From an uncultured Myxococcales bacterium (GTDB lineage Bacteria > Myxococcota_A > UBA9042 > UBA3505), in NCBI GenBank assembly GCA_964594295.1, contig CAZQPP010000001.1, forward strand, positions 5,039 through 69,038: 64,000 bases of DNA, given 5' to 3'. The notes beneath the pieces were generated by a model. The model did not search any database. It was given only the letters and a program-made list of their open reading frames with translations, and was not told where the DNA came from. This document shows, piece by piece, positions 36,147-46,000 of this stretch (the first letter of the stretch is position 1; every line of letters begins with the position of its first letter). A program made the position numbers and the translations under genes.

Positions 36147-39100
36147 ATGCCGCAGGTGAGGATGCACAGCACCATCACGGACCTGGCAATCACGCGGCGG
36201 ATGCCGGAGCCGATCGCCTGGGCCTGGCACAACGTGCGCGCGGCGCGCGGCGGGCATCCGCACGAGCACTCGGCGCAGCTCATCGGGGCCCTGGACGTCA
36301 CGCTCCGGACGCTGGTGTCGCTGCTCTTGCCGGACTACCTGCGCGGCGCGCCTGATCCGCGCATCGAGGACGAGCTGTCCTGCCTGGGCAGGCCCTCCCT
36401 TGGCGCCTACCGCGACCTGATCCGCTCTCTGCTCTCATCCCTGCGACAGCGACGGGAGCCCGGCCCCTTCTTCCCCGAGGCCTGCGAGTGGTACTTCGAC
36501 GCCAAGGGCAAGCCCACACGCAGCGCTCGGGCCCTCTCCAGCCTCATCGAGCTGCGCAACGAGGACGCGCACGGTCGCGCGCGAACGGCGGCCCAGATGG
36601 CGCCCTTCGCGGACGAGGTCGAGGGGCTCATGGAAGACCTCCTCGCAGGCGCGAGGTGGCTGCGGGGCTACCGGATATTCCGCGTCCTCGACCCCAGGCT
36701 CGTGAGCCGAGCGCGTTTCGGGGGCCGCCTGCAGTTCCTCTACGGCTCAACGCCTCTCGGGCAGACGGAGAGAGCGTCGTGGGCGGCGCATCTCCTGCCC
36801 GACACCGTCTACGTTGCGTCCCCCGATGGAGAGCGGCTGCTCGAGGTCTCCCCCTTCTTCAGCACCCTCAACGACCCGAGCGTCAACGACAGGCGGCTCT
36901 TCCTCTTCGTGGCAGCGCCGAGAGGCAAGTGGCTGACGCTGCGGCACGACCAGAGCGGAGCGACGCAGGAGAAGCTCCTCCCCGCGATCGACGAGAAGGA
37001 GATGCCCTTCTCCACCTGGCTCGAGCGCCGCGAGGAGCTCGAGCCGGCATTGGCCAACTCCACGCCGGCGCCCTTTGCTGCCCTGGACTGGGCCGGCGTC
37101 GGGGATCTGCTCGGCGAGCGCTACCGTCTGCTCGAGCCCTTGGGGCGCGGTGGCATGGCCACGGTCTACCGGGTGGAGGACACCTACTTCGACGAGGAGC
37201 GGGCGCTGAAGGTGCTCACCGAAGAGGCCTCCTCCGACGAGCGCCTGTGCGCGCGCTTCCGGGCCGAGGCCAAGCTCATGCGCCACCTCGGCGAGCATCC
37301 CTACGTCCTCGGTGTCGACGACGTCTCGCCTCTGCCCGACGGGCGCTGGTGCATAGCGATGCCCGTCGTCGAAGGCGGCACGCTCCAAGACCAGCTCCAA
37401 GCAGGGCCCGTCGCACCCGAGCGTGTCGCGAGGTGGGCCCGCCAGGCCCTCGAGGCCCTTGACCACCTCCACGAGAACCACGTCTGGCATCGCGACATCA
37501 AGCCCTCGAACATCCTGCTCGACAACTTGGACGACACCATCCGCCTCGCGGACTTCGGGATCGCCCGCGAGGCGGGCTCCACGCTGCGCCTCACGCGAGC
37601 AACGGAGCGAATCGGGACGCAGGCCTACATGGCGCCCGAGCTCCTCGTCGAAGGTGGGGAGCCGGGGCCGGCGACGGACCGCTTCAGCCTGGCCGTCACC
37701 CTGCACGAGCTTGTGACCGGTGCGCTGCCGAAGGGTACGCCCGGAGAGGGGATCGGGGGCGAGCTGGGTTCGTTGATCCGTGCGTTGGGGCACGAGGAGC
37801 CGGCACGCCGGCTCGCTGCCGCGATCGGCGAGCAGTCTCCGCTCCCCCGAATCGAGCCCCCAAAGCGCCGCTCTGACTCAGATCACGCGTCGAAGCAGCT
37901 CGGATTGGAGATGGCCGTCGAGACGCTGACCGACTTCGGGCATCACTACGGTCGCCTGAAGGACGGTGGAGAAGACCCGGTAGCCGAGGTCTTCGCGGCT
38001 TTCGAGCGAGCCAGGGCAGCTGTCTCGGAGCTGGGCTGGGACGGGCCGCAGCTGGATGAGCTCGAGGAATGGCGGAGCTTCTTCCAGGTGAATGCGCACA
38101 AGATGCGAATTCACGAGCGACCCGAGATCGGCCTGCTGCAGGCGGCCTACGCCCACGCGGAGCAGAGCCCTCTCAGCCATGCCGCCCTGCACTGGCTGCG
38201 CAAGCACGGGCCGGATGCGCTGTGGCTCCGTGCGATCCGCCGGCCGCGCGAGGAGAAGCGCGGCGCGTGCCTGATGACCCTGGGGCGGCACACCGGCCGG
38301 GTGCAGGCAGTGGCCCTGGACCCCGAGGGTTGTCACGCGATCTCGCAGGGCGCGGACAAGGCAATCAGGCTCTGGGACCTGCAGACGGGCGCCTGCCTGC
38401 GTAGCCTCAAGAAGCACACCGCCAAGGTGGAGTCCGTCGCGCTGGGCCCCGGAGGGCGGCGTCTGCTCTGCGGCAACCGTGACAACACGCTCAAGGTGTG
38501 GAACCTGCAGACCGGCAAGCGTATCTGTACCCTGAGGGGCCACGGCGCAACCGTGAGGGCCGTTGCGTTGGACCGCGACGGCCGGCGGGCGGTCTCGGGG
38601 GGCGAGGACGAGAAGCTCAAGGTGTGGGACCTGGAGACGGGCAAGTGCCTGCTCACCTTCGAGGCGCAAGCTCGCTTCGTGCGGGCGGTCGCGCTGAGCT
38701 ACGAGGCCGGTCGCGCGGTCTCGGTGAGCGACGACGGGAAGCTCGACGTGTGGGACCTGGAGACGGGCTCACGCGCGCGTGCCCACTGGGTGCACGTCGG
38801 CTACATGCGCCCCGTCGCCTTGGACTGCGCGGGCCGTCGTGTGCTCACGGCGGGCAGGGACGGTGTGCTCGACCTCGTTGAGATCGAGACCGGGGACATC
38901 CTGCGCAGCATCGAGATCGGCGACGCGGAGCCGGACTCCGTGGCGCTGGACTCGCAGGGCCGGCGCGCGGTCCTGGGGCACGATGACGGCACGCTGAATC
39001 TGTGGGACCTCGAGACGGCAGCGCAGCCGCGCTCTTCGGAGGGGCACCTCGAGGAGGTGACCTCCGTCGTGCTGGATCCCGAGCGCCGGCGAGCCGTCTC

Positions 39101-39911
39101 CGGGAGCTCTGATGAGACGCTGATGGTCTGGGACCTGGAGACAGGAGGGCGCCTCGACACGCTCGCTGGACACACCAAGGGAGTAACGGCTCTCGCCATC
39201 GAGCCCAAGGGCACGTGCCTGGTATCGGGGAGCGATGACGGGACGCTCAAGGTGTGGGACCTGGAAGCCGGTCAGCGTGTGCGTACCCTCGAGCGTCACA
39301 CGGGCGCCGTGAAGAGCGTTGTCGTGGACCCCGAGGGCCGGCAAGTGGTTTCGGGGAGCAGCGACAACACGCTGAGGGTCTGGGACCTGGGGACGGGAGA
39401 GCTGCTTCGCACCCTGCGGGAGCACGCCGCTCCGGTGACAGGCCTCTCCCTGGACCTCGAGAGGCGCCATGTGCTCTCCGGGAGCATGGACGAGACCATC
39501 GTCCTGTGGGACCTGGCGACATGCGCGAACCTGCGCAGGCTGCGCGGCCACGCGGGTGGAGTGACGGCTCTTGCGTTGCACCCGCTGCGCCGGCAAGCCG
39601 TCTCCGGGGGGCGCGACGCCGCGTTGAGGTTGTGGGACCTTGAGGCAGGCGAGTGTGTACGGACCTTCGGGGGACACACGGGATACGTGTCGTCCGTGGC
39701 TCTGGACGCGCCCGGCGACCGACTCCTCTCGGGAAGCTACGACGGGACTCTGAGGGTATGGAACCTGCAAACCGGCGAATGCCTCGCCACCTGGGTCGCC
39801 GAGCACGCGGTGCTCTGTTGCGCCTGGAATGGCGGCCCCATCGTCGCCGGCACCGCCGCTGGCGAGGTCCTCATTCTCGAGCTCACCCCGCCCGGGCCCT
39901 GGTCACCTTGA
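36147..39911 (+). CDS. HEPN-like (RNEDAH) N-terminal domain, active Ser/Thr kinase, then a WD40 beta-propeller
   Basis: ORF-track 1254 aa. LIELRNEDAHG carries the R-x4-H motif. Kinase motifs LGRGGMATVYRV, HRDIKPSNILL, DFGIA and MAPELL. The linker plus WD40 part is paralogous to the C-terminal half of the TIR-NACHT-WD40 protein. Confidence 0.85.
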   Translation: MPQVRMHSTITDLAITRRMPEPIAWAWHNVRAARGGHPHEHSAQLIGALDVTLRTLVSLLLPDYLRGAPDPRIEDELSCLGRPSLGAYRDLIRSLLSSLRQRREPGPFFPEACEWYFDAKGKPTRSARALSSLIELRNEDAHGRARTAAQMAPFADEVEGLMEDLLAGARWLRGYRIFRVLDPRLVSRARFGGRLQFLYGSTPLGQTERASWAAHLLPDTVYVASPDGERLLEVSPFFSTLNDPSVNDRRLFLFVAAPRGKWLTLRHDQSGATQEKLLPAIDEKEMPFSTWLERREELEPALANSTPAPFAALDWAGVGDLLGERYRLLEPLGRGGMATVYRVEDTYFDEERALKVLTEEASSDERLCARFRAEAKLMRHLGEHPYVLGVDDVSPLPDGRWCIAMPVVEGGTLQDQLQAGPVAPERVARWARQALEALDHLHENHVWHRDIKPSNILLDNLDDTIRLADFGIAREAGSTLRLTRATERIGTQAYMAPELLVEGGEPGPATDRFSLAVTLHELVTGALPKGTPGEGIGGELGSLIRALGHEEPARRLAAAIGEQSPLPRIEPPKRRSDSDHASKQLGLEMAVETLTDFGHHYGRLKDGGEDPVAEVFAAFERARAAVSELGWDGPQLDELEEWRSFFQVNAHKMRIHERPEIGLLQAAYAHAEQSPLSHAALHWLRKHGPDALWLRAIRRPREEKRGACLMTLGRHTGRVQAVALDPEGCHAISQGADKAIRLWDLQTGACLRSLKKHTAKVESVALGPGGRRLLCGNRDNTLKVWNLQTGKRICTLRGHGATVRAVALDRDGRRAVSGGEDEKLKVWDLETGKCLLTFEAQARFVRAVALSYEAGRAVSVSDDGKLDVWDLETGSRARAHWVHVGYMRPVALDCAGRRVLTAGRDGVLDLVEIETGDILRSIEIGDAEPDSVALDSQGRRAVLGHDDGTLNLWDLETAAQPRSSEGHLEEVTSVVLDPERRRAVSGSSDETLMVWDLETGGRLDTLAGHTKGVTALAIEPKGTCLVSGSDDGTLKVWDLEAGQRVRTLERHTGAVKSVVVDPEGRQVVSGSSDNTLRVWDLGTGELLRTLREHAAPVTGLSLDLERRHVLSGSMDETIVLWDLATCANLRRLRGHAGGVTALALHPLRRQAVSGGRDAALRLWDLEAGECVRTFGGHTGYVSSVALDAPGDRLLSGSYDGTLRVWNLQTGECLATWVAEHAVLCCAWNGGPIVAGTAAGEVLILELTPPGPWSP
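38040..39911 (+). repeat. Duplicated linker plus WD40 module, copy 2
   Basis: See copy 1 (33900-36086). Confidence 0.6.
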
Positions 39912-39984
39912 GCGTCATGCACACCCGAGTGGCCCACGAGCGCCGCTGAACCCTGAGGCCACCTCCCGCTGACAACCGACCGCC

Positions 39985-40668
39985 ATGTCGCCCCGCCAGA
40001 AGTTCCCCCGCATCTACCACGTCCCCTGGAGCGCCGCCGTCGCCGCGGACGACCGGCGGCACAAGGACCTCTCCTTCTTCGAGGGAGAGGAGGTCGTGGT
40101 CACCGAGAAGCTCGACGGCGAGAACACCACGATCTACCCCGACGGCGCCTGCCACGCGCGCTCCTTGAGCAGCGGACCCCACCCGTCGCGAACGTGGGTG
40201 AGACGCTTCGCTGCGGAGATCGGGCACCATATCCCCGAGGGCTGGCGGGTCTGCGGCGAGAACATGTTCGCCGAGCACAGCATCCGCTACGAGGAGCTGC
40301 CCTCCTACTTCCTCGCCTTCTCGGTCGTTGACGAGGATGACACGGTCCTCGGGTGGGAGGACATGGAGGCCGTCTTGCGGGGTCTCGCCGAGGCCTCCGG
40401 TCGCGAGGTGCCGCACACGCCGGTCCTGTACCGGGGGGTGTTCGACGAAGAGGCGATAGCCGCGTTGTGGACCGGGCGCTCGGCATTCGGTCCGGTGGGT
40501 GAGGGCTACGTCATCCGGCTCGCCCGCGCCTTCCCGGTCTCTCAGATCACCGGTGGGGCAATGGCGAAGCACGTGCGGCGCGGCCACGTTCAGCCCGACA
40601 CCTCGCACTGGATGAGCGCTCCCGTGCGTCCGAACGGTCTCAGGGAGGATGTCGATGGACAGACGTGA
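39985..40668 (+). CDS. ATP-dependent RNA-ligase-like nucleotidyltransferase (small Rnl-type)
   Basis: ORF-track 227 aa. Motif I TEKLDGENT (KxDG, the adenylylated Lys). Motif IV-like GEGYVIRLA. Motif V-like AKHVRRGH. Confidence 0.6.
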   Translation: MSPRQKFPRIYHVPWSAAVAADDRRHKDLSFFEGEEVVVTEKLDGENTTIYPDGACHARSLSSGPHPSRTWVRRFAAEIGHHIPEGWRVCGENMFAEHSIRYEELPSYFLAFSVVDEDDTVLGWEDMEAVLRGLAEASGREVPHTPVLYRGVFDEEAIAALWTGRSAFGPVGEGYVIRLARAFPVSQITGGAMAKHVRRGHVQPDTSHWMSAPVRPNGLREDVDGQT

Positions 40669-40954
40669 CTTCAGCGCCGTCATCGGGCAGCTCCGCGCCA
40701 CGGGGAGGGCGCAGATGCGATTCGAGGGCGGCTCGATGCGCCCGCTGCTCGAGTCGGGGCGGGTATACACCTTCGAGTTTGCCGAGCGCTACGAGGTAGG
40801 GGACATGGTCTTCTGCCGCGTGGACGGCAGGTACATCGACGCCCACCTGGTGCGCGAGGTAGACGCCGAGAAGGGATACTTGATCGGCAACAACCTGGGA
40901 GGGAAGCCGGACGGGTGGACCTGGGAGGTCTTCGGGCGGATCGTGGACGCTTGA
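40649..40954 (+). CDS. Small protein with a LexA/S24-peptidase-like signature (tentative)
   Basis: ORF-track 101 aa, overlapping the RNA ligase gene by 20 bp. EGGSMRPLL resembles the GxSMxP Ser-nucleophile motif of S24/S26 peptidases. A downstream Lys (AEKGYLIGNN) could be the general base. Confidence 0.35.
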   Translation: MSMDRRDFSAVIGQLRATGRAQMRFEGGSMRPLLESGRVYTFEFAERYEVGDMVFCRVDGRYIDAHLVREVDAEKGYLIGNNLGGKPDGWTWEVFGRIVDA

Positions 40955-42189
40955 GCCTCCGTGCGCGCCCCCCGCGGCTGGTGCGGCCGGGAGGTAGTGG
41001 TACGGTAGCGCCGAATCCCGCGGAGGACGAAGTGGGCGGAAAGTGGGCTATCTCGGAGCTTTCGGTCGGCCAGGAGGTCGAGGCGACCTTCTGGGCGAAC
41101 CCGGTCAAGGAGTCGCGTCACCGCTACCGGGCTACCCATCTCGACGGGAAGCGTGCCCCGAAGGTGGTGCTCTCGAGCGATCGGCGCATCGCGCCCGGCG
41201 TGCCGTGCATCGTGCGGATCACCACGATCGCGAAGACGGCGCGGCCGGATCGCGGGCACATCGAGGTGGAGCTGGTTCACGCCCTCGACCTCCCCCTCGA
41301 AGGGGTCTACGTCGACCCCGTCGTGAAGACCAAGCTGCAGGTCTTGCTCGAGAGCGGGCTGAACATCCTGCTCGACGGGCCGCAGGGCTGCGGAAAGACG
41401 GTCATCGCGCGCGCGATCGCAGACACCCTCGGCATGAGGTTCGTCTTCTTCAACTGCAGCTCGGTCATCGAGCCGACGGACTTCCTCGCGACCATCCAGG
41501 TCCGAGCCTCGGAGGGGGGGCACCCGGTCACGGACTTCGTGAAGACCGATGTCCTGCGTGCGCTGGAGGAGGCCTCCGAGAACGACGGCGAGCGCTACCT
41601 GGTGTTCTTCGACGAGCTCAACCGCTGCCGGGAGAGCGCCCGCAATGCCCTGATGCCCGCCCTCGACGCTACCCGGAGAGTGTTCAACCCCATCGCCAAC
41701 GACTTCCTGGCGATCCCGCAGAACGTGCAGTTCATCGCCGCGGTCAACAGCGGGCGAGAGTTCAGCGGCACCTTCGGCGTGGATCCTGCACAGCTCGACC
41801 GCTTCGCACCCATCGCCATGGACTACCCGCCGCCGGCGGAGGAGCGGAAGCTGCTCGCCAAGCGTCACCCCGAGCTGAGCAGGCCTACTATCGAGTTTGC
41901 CGTCGAGGTCGCCCACGAGATCCGCTCCGCCCCTGACCTCGACCAGGGCCTGAGCGTGCGGGCCACCGACGAGGCGTGCCTCTACCTGAAGCACCCCCTC
42001 ATCGCGAGCAGGAGGGAGAGCATGATGGCCGAGGTGCTCAAGTCCTCCTACTGCGGCCGTTTCTTCGGGCGCTGGAACGACAGCTCCTCGGACGCCGGCG
42101 TGGTCTGGGTGATCATCGAGCGCAAGCTCGAGGAGCGCGCTCGGGCGAAGCACAGGCGCAGCGCGAAGGCGAAGGCCCGCCGCTCTTAG
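40915..42189 (+). CDS. MoxR-like AAA+ ATPase (AAA_5 type)
   Basis: ORF-track 424 aa; the N-terminal ~45 aa may be an over-extension. Walker A LLDGPQGCGKTV. Walker B YLVFFDELNR. Sensor FIAAVN. Lys-rich tail. Confidence 0.8.
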   Translation: MDLGGLRADRGRLSLRARPPRLVRPGGSGTVAPNPAEDEVGGKWAISELSVGQEVEATFWANPVKESRHRYRATHLDGKRAPKVVLSSDRRIAPGVPCIVRITTIAKTARPDRGHIEVELVHALDLPLEGVYVDPVVKTKLQVLLESGLNILLDGPQGCGKTVIARAIADTLGMRFVFFNCSSVIEPTDFLATIQVRASEGGHPVTDFVKTDVLRALEEASENDGERYLVFFDELNRCRESARNALMPALDATRRVFNPIANDFLAIPQNVQFIAAVNSGREFSGTFGVDPAQLDRFAPIAMDYPPPAEERKLLAKRHPELSRPTIEFAVEVAHEIRSAPDLDQGLSVRATDEACLYLKHPLIASRRESMMAEVLKSSYCGRFFGRWNDSSSDAGVVWVIIERKLEERARAKHRRSAKAKARRS

Positions 42190-42879
42190 TAGCGCCCCCT
42201 CGAATTGAGGAGGCGGGCGCAGAGGCCTCGCAACAGGCCCCTGCGCCCGCCATCGAGCTCGCGCGGCAGCGGCATGAGCCCCCGCGTCCGAGCGGCGCGA
42301 TGAACTGCGCTGTGCGGGCGTGGGGTTTCGCTGACGTTGCGAGCCCGAATCGGGGAGAGAGACCCGCCTCCCGGTGGGAGCGGCGTGGTGTGCACGTCCC
42401 GTCACCGCGACCGGGCCGTGGGCCCGGTGAGCCGGTGTCGCTGCCTTGGGGAGACCCCTTGGCTGCGTACGGGAGTGAACGAGAGGGCGGAATCGACGTC
42501 GCGGTCAAGGAGGCGGCGGATGCCGGCCAAAGGTGCTTCGTTGGCGGGGCAGGCGTCTCGCGAGCGAGAAGCCATTTCCGCGGGCGCTTCGCTTGTCGCG
42601 AAACGCATGGTTGGTGGTGTGAATGGCACCGGCGCCGCACCTCGACCGCTCCCACCTGAGAGGTCGCCGCGTTGGTGCGGCCCTTCGGCGCTCCTGGTCT
42701 TGACGCCGCGGCCGGGGGCTCGGCCGTGGCGGCGCCAGGACGCCCACGGCTCCCGCCGTTCGCCCTAGGGCCCGGGGGCGGGAGACGCCGCGCTCCGGCA
42801 TCACGCCGGAACACTCCTTTTCGTCGTCGGCAGAAGCCGTCCGCCCGTCCGCGAGGCGCGGTACACGCCGCTGCCGCGT

Positions 42880-42905
42880 GGTGTTTCGCGAGCGAAACAC
42901 CTTTT
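42880..42905 (+). terminator. Terminator-like hairpin: 10-bp perfect stem GGTGTTTCGC/GCGAAACACC followed by TTTT
   Basis: Read directly: ggtgtttcgc-ga-gcgaaacacc then tttt. It lies ~700 bp downstream of the MoxR-like gene, inside a 900-bp non-coding gap. Confidence 0.35.
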
Positions 42906-43080
42906 AGGGCGGGGTCTGCTTCCCCGATTCTTGAGATTCGAGCTTGGAAAGAGCGAGGGCTCCGGCAGCCGTCGGCCTCGAAGACCGCGACCCGACGGCC
43001 GGGCGCCGTGGAGATTCAAGACGCACGACCCCCGCGAAGCTGACACCCCACGCTGCGGCGCGCATGGTCCCGTGGCGCCG

Positions 43081-46000
43081 CTACCTCCCCAGCGAAGCCC
43101 CCACGAGGCGGACGACGCAGCGCCCGAAGGCCGAGACCGCTGAGCTCATGTCGTCGTCGAGGATCTCCACGTGGTGCGGGAAGGTCACGTGGTCGAGGCG
43201 GCGAAGCGCGACCTGCACGCACAAGAAGCCGTGACGGCGGGTGAGCTGGGCGACGAGGTTTCGGAGCGCCTCCACCGTGCACTCGGTGGGAGAGCCGTCG
43301 CTCACCATGATCAGCAGGCGCCGGCTCCGCTTGGAGCTCATGGCCCTCTTCGCCGCCGCGAAGAGGGCCCCCGCGTCGTTGTTGCCGCCGCCGACCTCGA
43401 GTGAGGCCGCCGCGCAGCGTCGCCCGCCTCCAGCCTCGAAGAGGGTCTGGTCGTCGAAGCCGTAGAAGCGGGTATCGATCCCGGGGAGCCCGCGAGTGGC
43501 CGCCGACAGCAACGTGGCGAAGAGCTTCGCCCTCTCGTGGTTCTCGTTGATTGCCATCGAGCCCGAGCAGTCCACGAGCGTGCCGATGTGCAGGTCGTTT
43601 CTCAGCACGCGCTCGGAGGCGCAGAGCATCCTTGGGTCGGAGCGGAGCAGGGCGGCGCGGATGCGCCCGCGGTCGACGCTTCGGCCCTGCACACGCCCGC
43701 CTTCCCGGGTGTATCCGATGCCCATGCGCACGAAGAAGCGACGCATGCGCCTCGCGAGAGGCGCCACGACGCGCTCGTGCTCCGCGTAGAGCCTGGGGTC
43801 GAAGGGCACGACGACCCTCTCGACAAGCTCGGCGAAGTCGGTGTCTTCGCCCAGGTTGATCCCACGCACCACGAGAGACGAGTCCGGCCCGTCCTGCTCG
43901 CTCCGGGAGACCACGGCCACGCCGCCGGCGGGGCGCAGCAGCTCGTCGGCGGCCTCTTGCAGATCCTCCTGCGTCATGCCCTCGCTGGCGGCGTTGAGCT
44001 CGGTCACCTCCACCCTCTCGATCGCGCCGGGACCAAGAGGAGCGAGCAGCGCGGTCTCGTCGCCGAAGATCGCCTTGAGCTCCCGTGCCACTCCGAGGAG
44101 CTGCTCCATCGACGAGCCCCGGAAGCTGCGCCCGAACAGAGTGAGCGCCTGCGCGACGCGCTCGTCCCCGTGGCGGTTGCCGAGCCCCATGCGCAGCGCG
44201 GTCACGAACCTCGCGAAGCTGTTCTCCGATCCCTCCAGCGAGCGCAACACCGAGCCCGAGCGGAGGCGGACGCTGTCTGGCGCCCTGCCGACCTCCAGCG
44301 CAGTGGCGGTGAGCACCTCGAAGCAACGCCATCCCAGGCTGGCGGTGAGGCTCCTCGCATCCACCTCGCGCCGCGAGTGGCGGAATGCGTAGGCCGCGAG
44401 CACCTTGAGGGCGTTCCCGTGCTCCTCGTCGCGGGCCCTCATGTTGCGCTCGAGGTGCTCGTCGGCCACCAGGTTCAGCAGGTCCCCGAGGCCTTCGTCG
44501 AGAGCCTTCGCCCAAACCTCCGCGCTGCGCGGCCCTCCGTGGTAGACGTGGTGGCCGAGCTCGTGGAGGACGAGCGCGCGCACCACCGTTTCGCCGTTGG
44601 GCTCGACGCGGAGCAGGGGCAGTGGGTTGACCTGGATGCAGCGCGATCCCATCCGCGCGTAACCCAGCTCGCCGCCGGCCAGCATCTCGATCTCCATCTG
44701 CGCCCCCGTGAGCAAGCGGGCGTTGCGCTCGGCCTCGAGCCACACGCGGGCCAGCTCCCGGAGCCGAGGGTGCGGCGCTCGAGGGGCCCGCCGCAACGCG
44801 GAGAGCGCCGCTCCCTGCGCGCTCTCGGAGGGGGTGGTGCCGGCGATCGCGGCCAGGAGCTCGGTCCTGACGTCGGCCTCTTCGGGCGAGCCGACCAGCG
44901 CGTCGACGAGCTCGCAGGTGATCTCGTCTCGGCCGGCAGCGAGGACGGCAGCGGTCACGCGCCTGAGAGCCTCCGGCTCGGCCAGGCGGACAATCCCCTC
45001 CCACAAGGAGTCCCAGCCGACCGGGCTTCTGCCCAGGCCGGCGTATGGCAGCAGCACCGGCAAGCCCTCGGCTCGCCCCTTCGAGAGCAGGGCCGCGGCC
45101 GCTTCGACCCGCAGCTCCTCGAGCCGCTCAGTGCCGGTGTGCAGGAAGGCTGCGAGGGCGTCGAGCACGATGTCGGGGCGCCAGCTCACCCTGTCGACGA
45201 GCCACGCGACCGCCCGGCCCCAGGCGCTGTGGTGAGGCGAGACCGCGAGCGCGCACGCCAACCTCTCGGCGGAGGCGCCCAGGTCTTTCAGGCGGCGCCA
45301 GTCCTCGGCGAGGAACCAGGACGTCTCGCTCGGCGCGACCGCGGCCCGCAAGGCGTGCTCCAGGGCCCCGCTGTCGCCGCGCGCCATCAGGGCGAGGGCT
45401 ACGCAAAAGCGCACCTCGGGGAGCCCCGACGTGTGGGCGGCCAGCGCCCGGCAACGATCCAGGGCGGCTCCATCCGGCCAGTCGGGGATGGTGAGCGCGA
45501 TCTCCCGGACGCAGGGCAGAGCGGGCACGCTCTCCAGAGCCGCCGCGACGCTGGCCGCTCCAGGCTCGCCCAGGGCGAGCAGAGAGCGCGCCGCCGCCGT
45601 GGCGACGTCGGCGAAGGCGCTGCGGCAGAGCTTCTCCAGGCGCTTCGCGCTCCGGCTCGTCCTCGCCTCCTCGAGCAGGCTCAGGTCCGACGTGCCGGTC
45701 ACCACCTTGGTGACGGAGGCTTTGCCGAGGCCGTGCGAAGAGACCCACCGCGACAGAGCCACGCGGACGTCCATCGACATCTCGCCGATGAGGCGGAGCA
45801 CGTTGTTCCTGCGGGCGTCGATGGCCTCCACCTCCACCCGGCCGCGGTGGAAGTCGACCAACATCTCGCTTGCGTGGACCCTGAGCGCCTCGCACCTCTG
45901 CTCCATGTTGAGGCCGCGGCTGGGAGGGAGAAGCTCGGCCAGCTCGGATCTACCCTCGTCCAGGTCTCCAAGGGTGAGCACGTCGAAGAGCAGCTCGATG

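Noticed and set aside
40789-42405. 538-aa minus-strand ORF
   Set aside because: Antisense to the MoxR-like gene, which has clean Walker A/B motifs. No motifs of its own.
42190-43080. Looked for a tRNA, CRISPR repeats or a small CDS in the long gap
   Set aside because: No T-loop/D-loop-like cloverleaf signature. No direct repeat array. The ORFs there (42337-42768, 42113-42814) are Arg/Pro-rich. Only the hairpin was retained.
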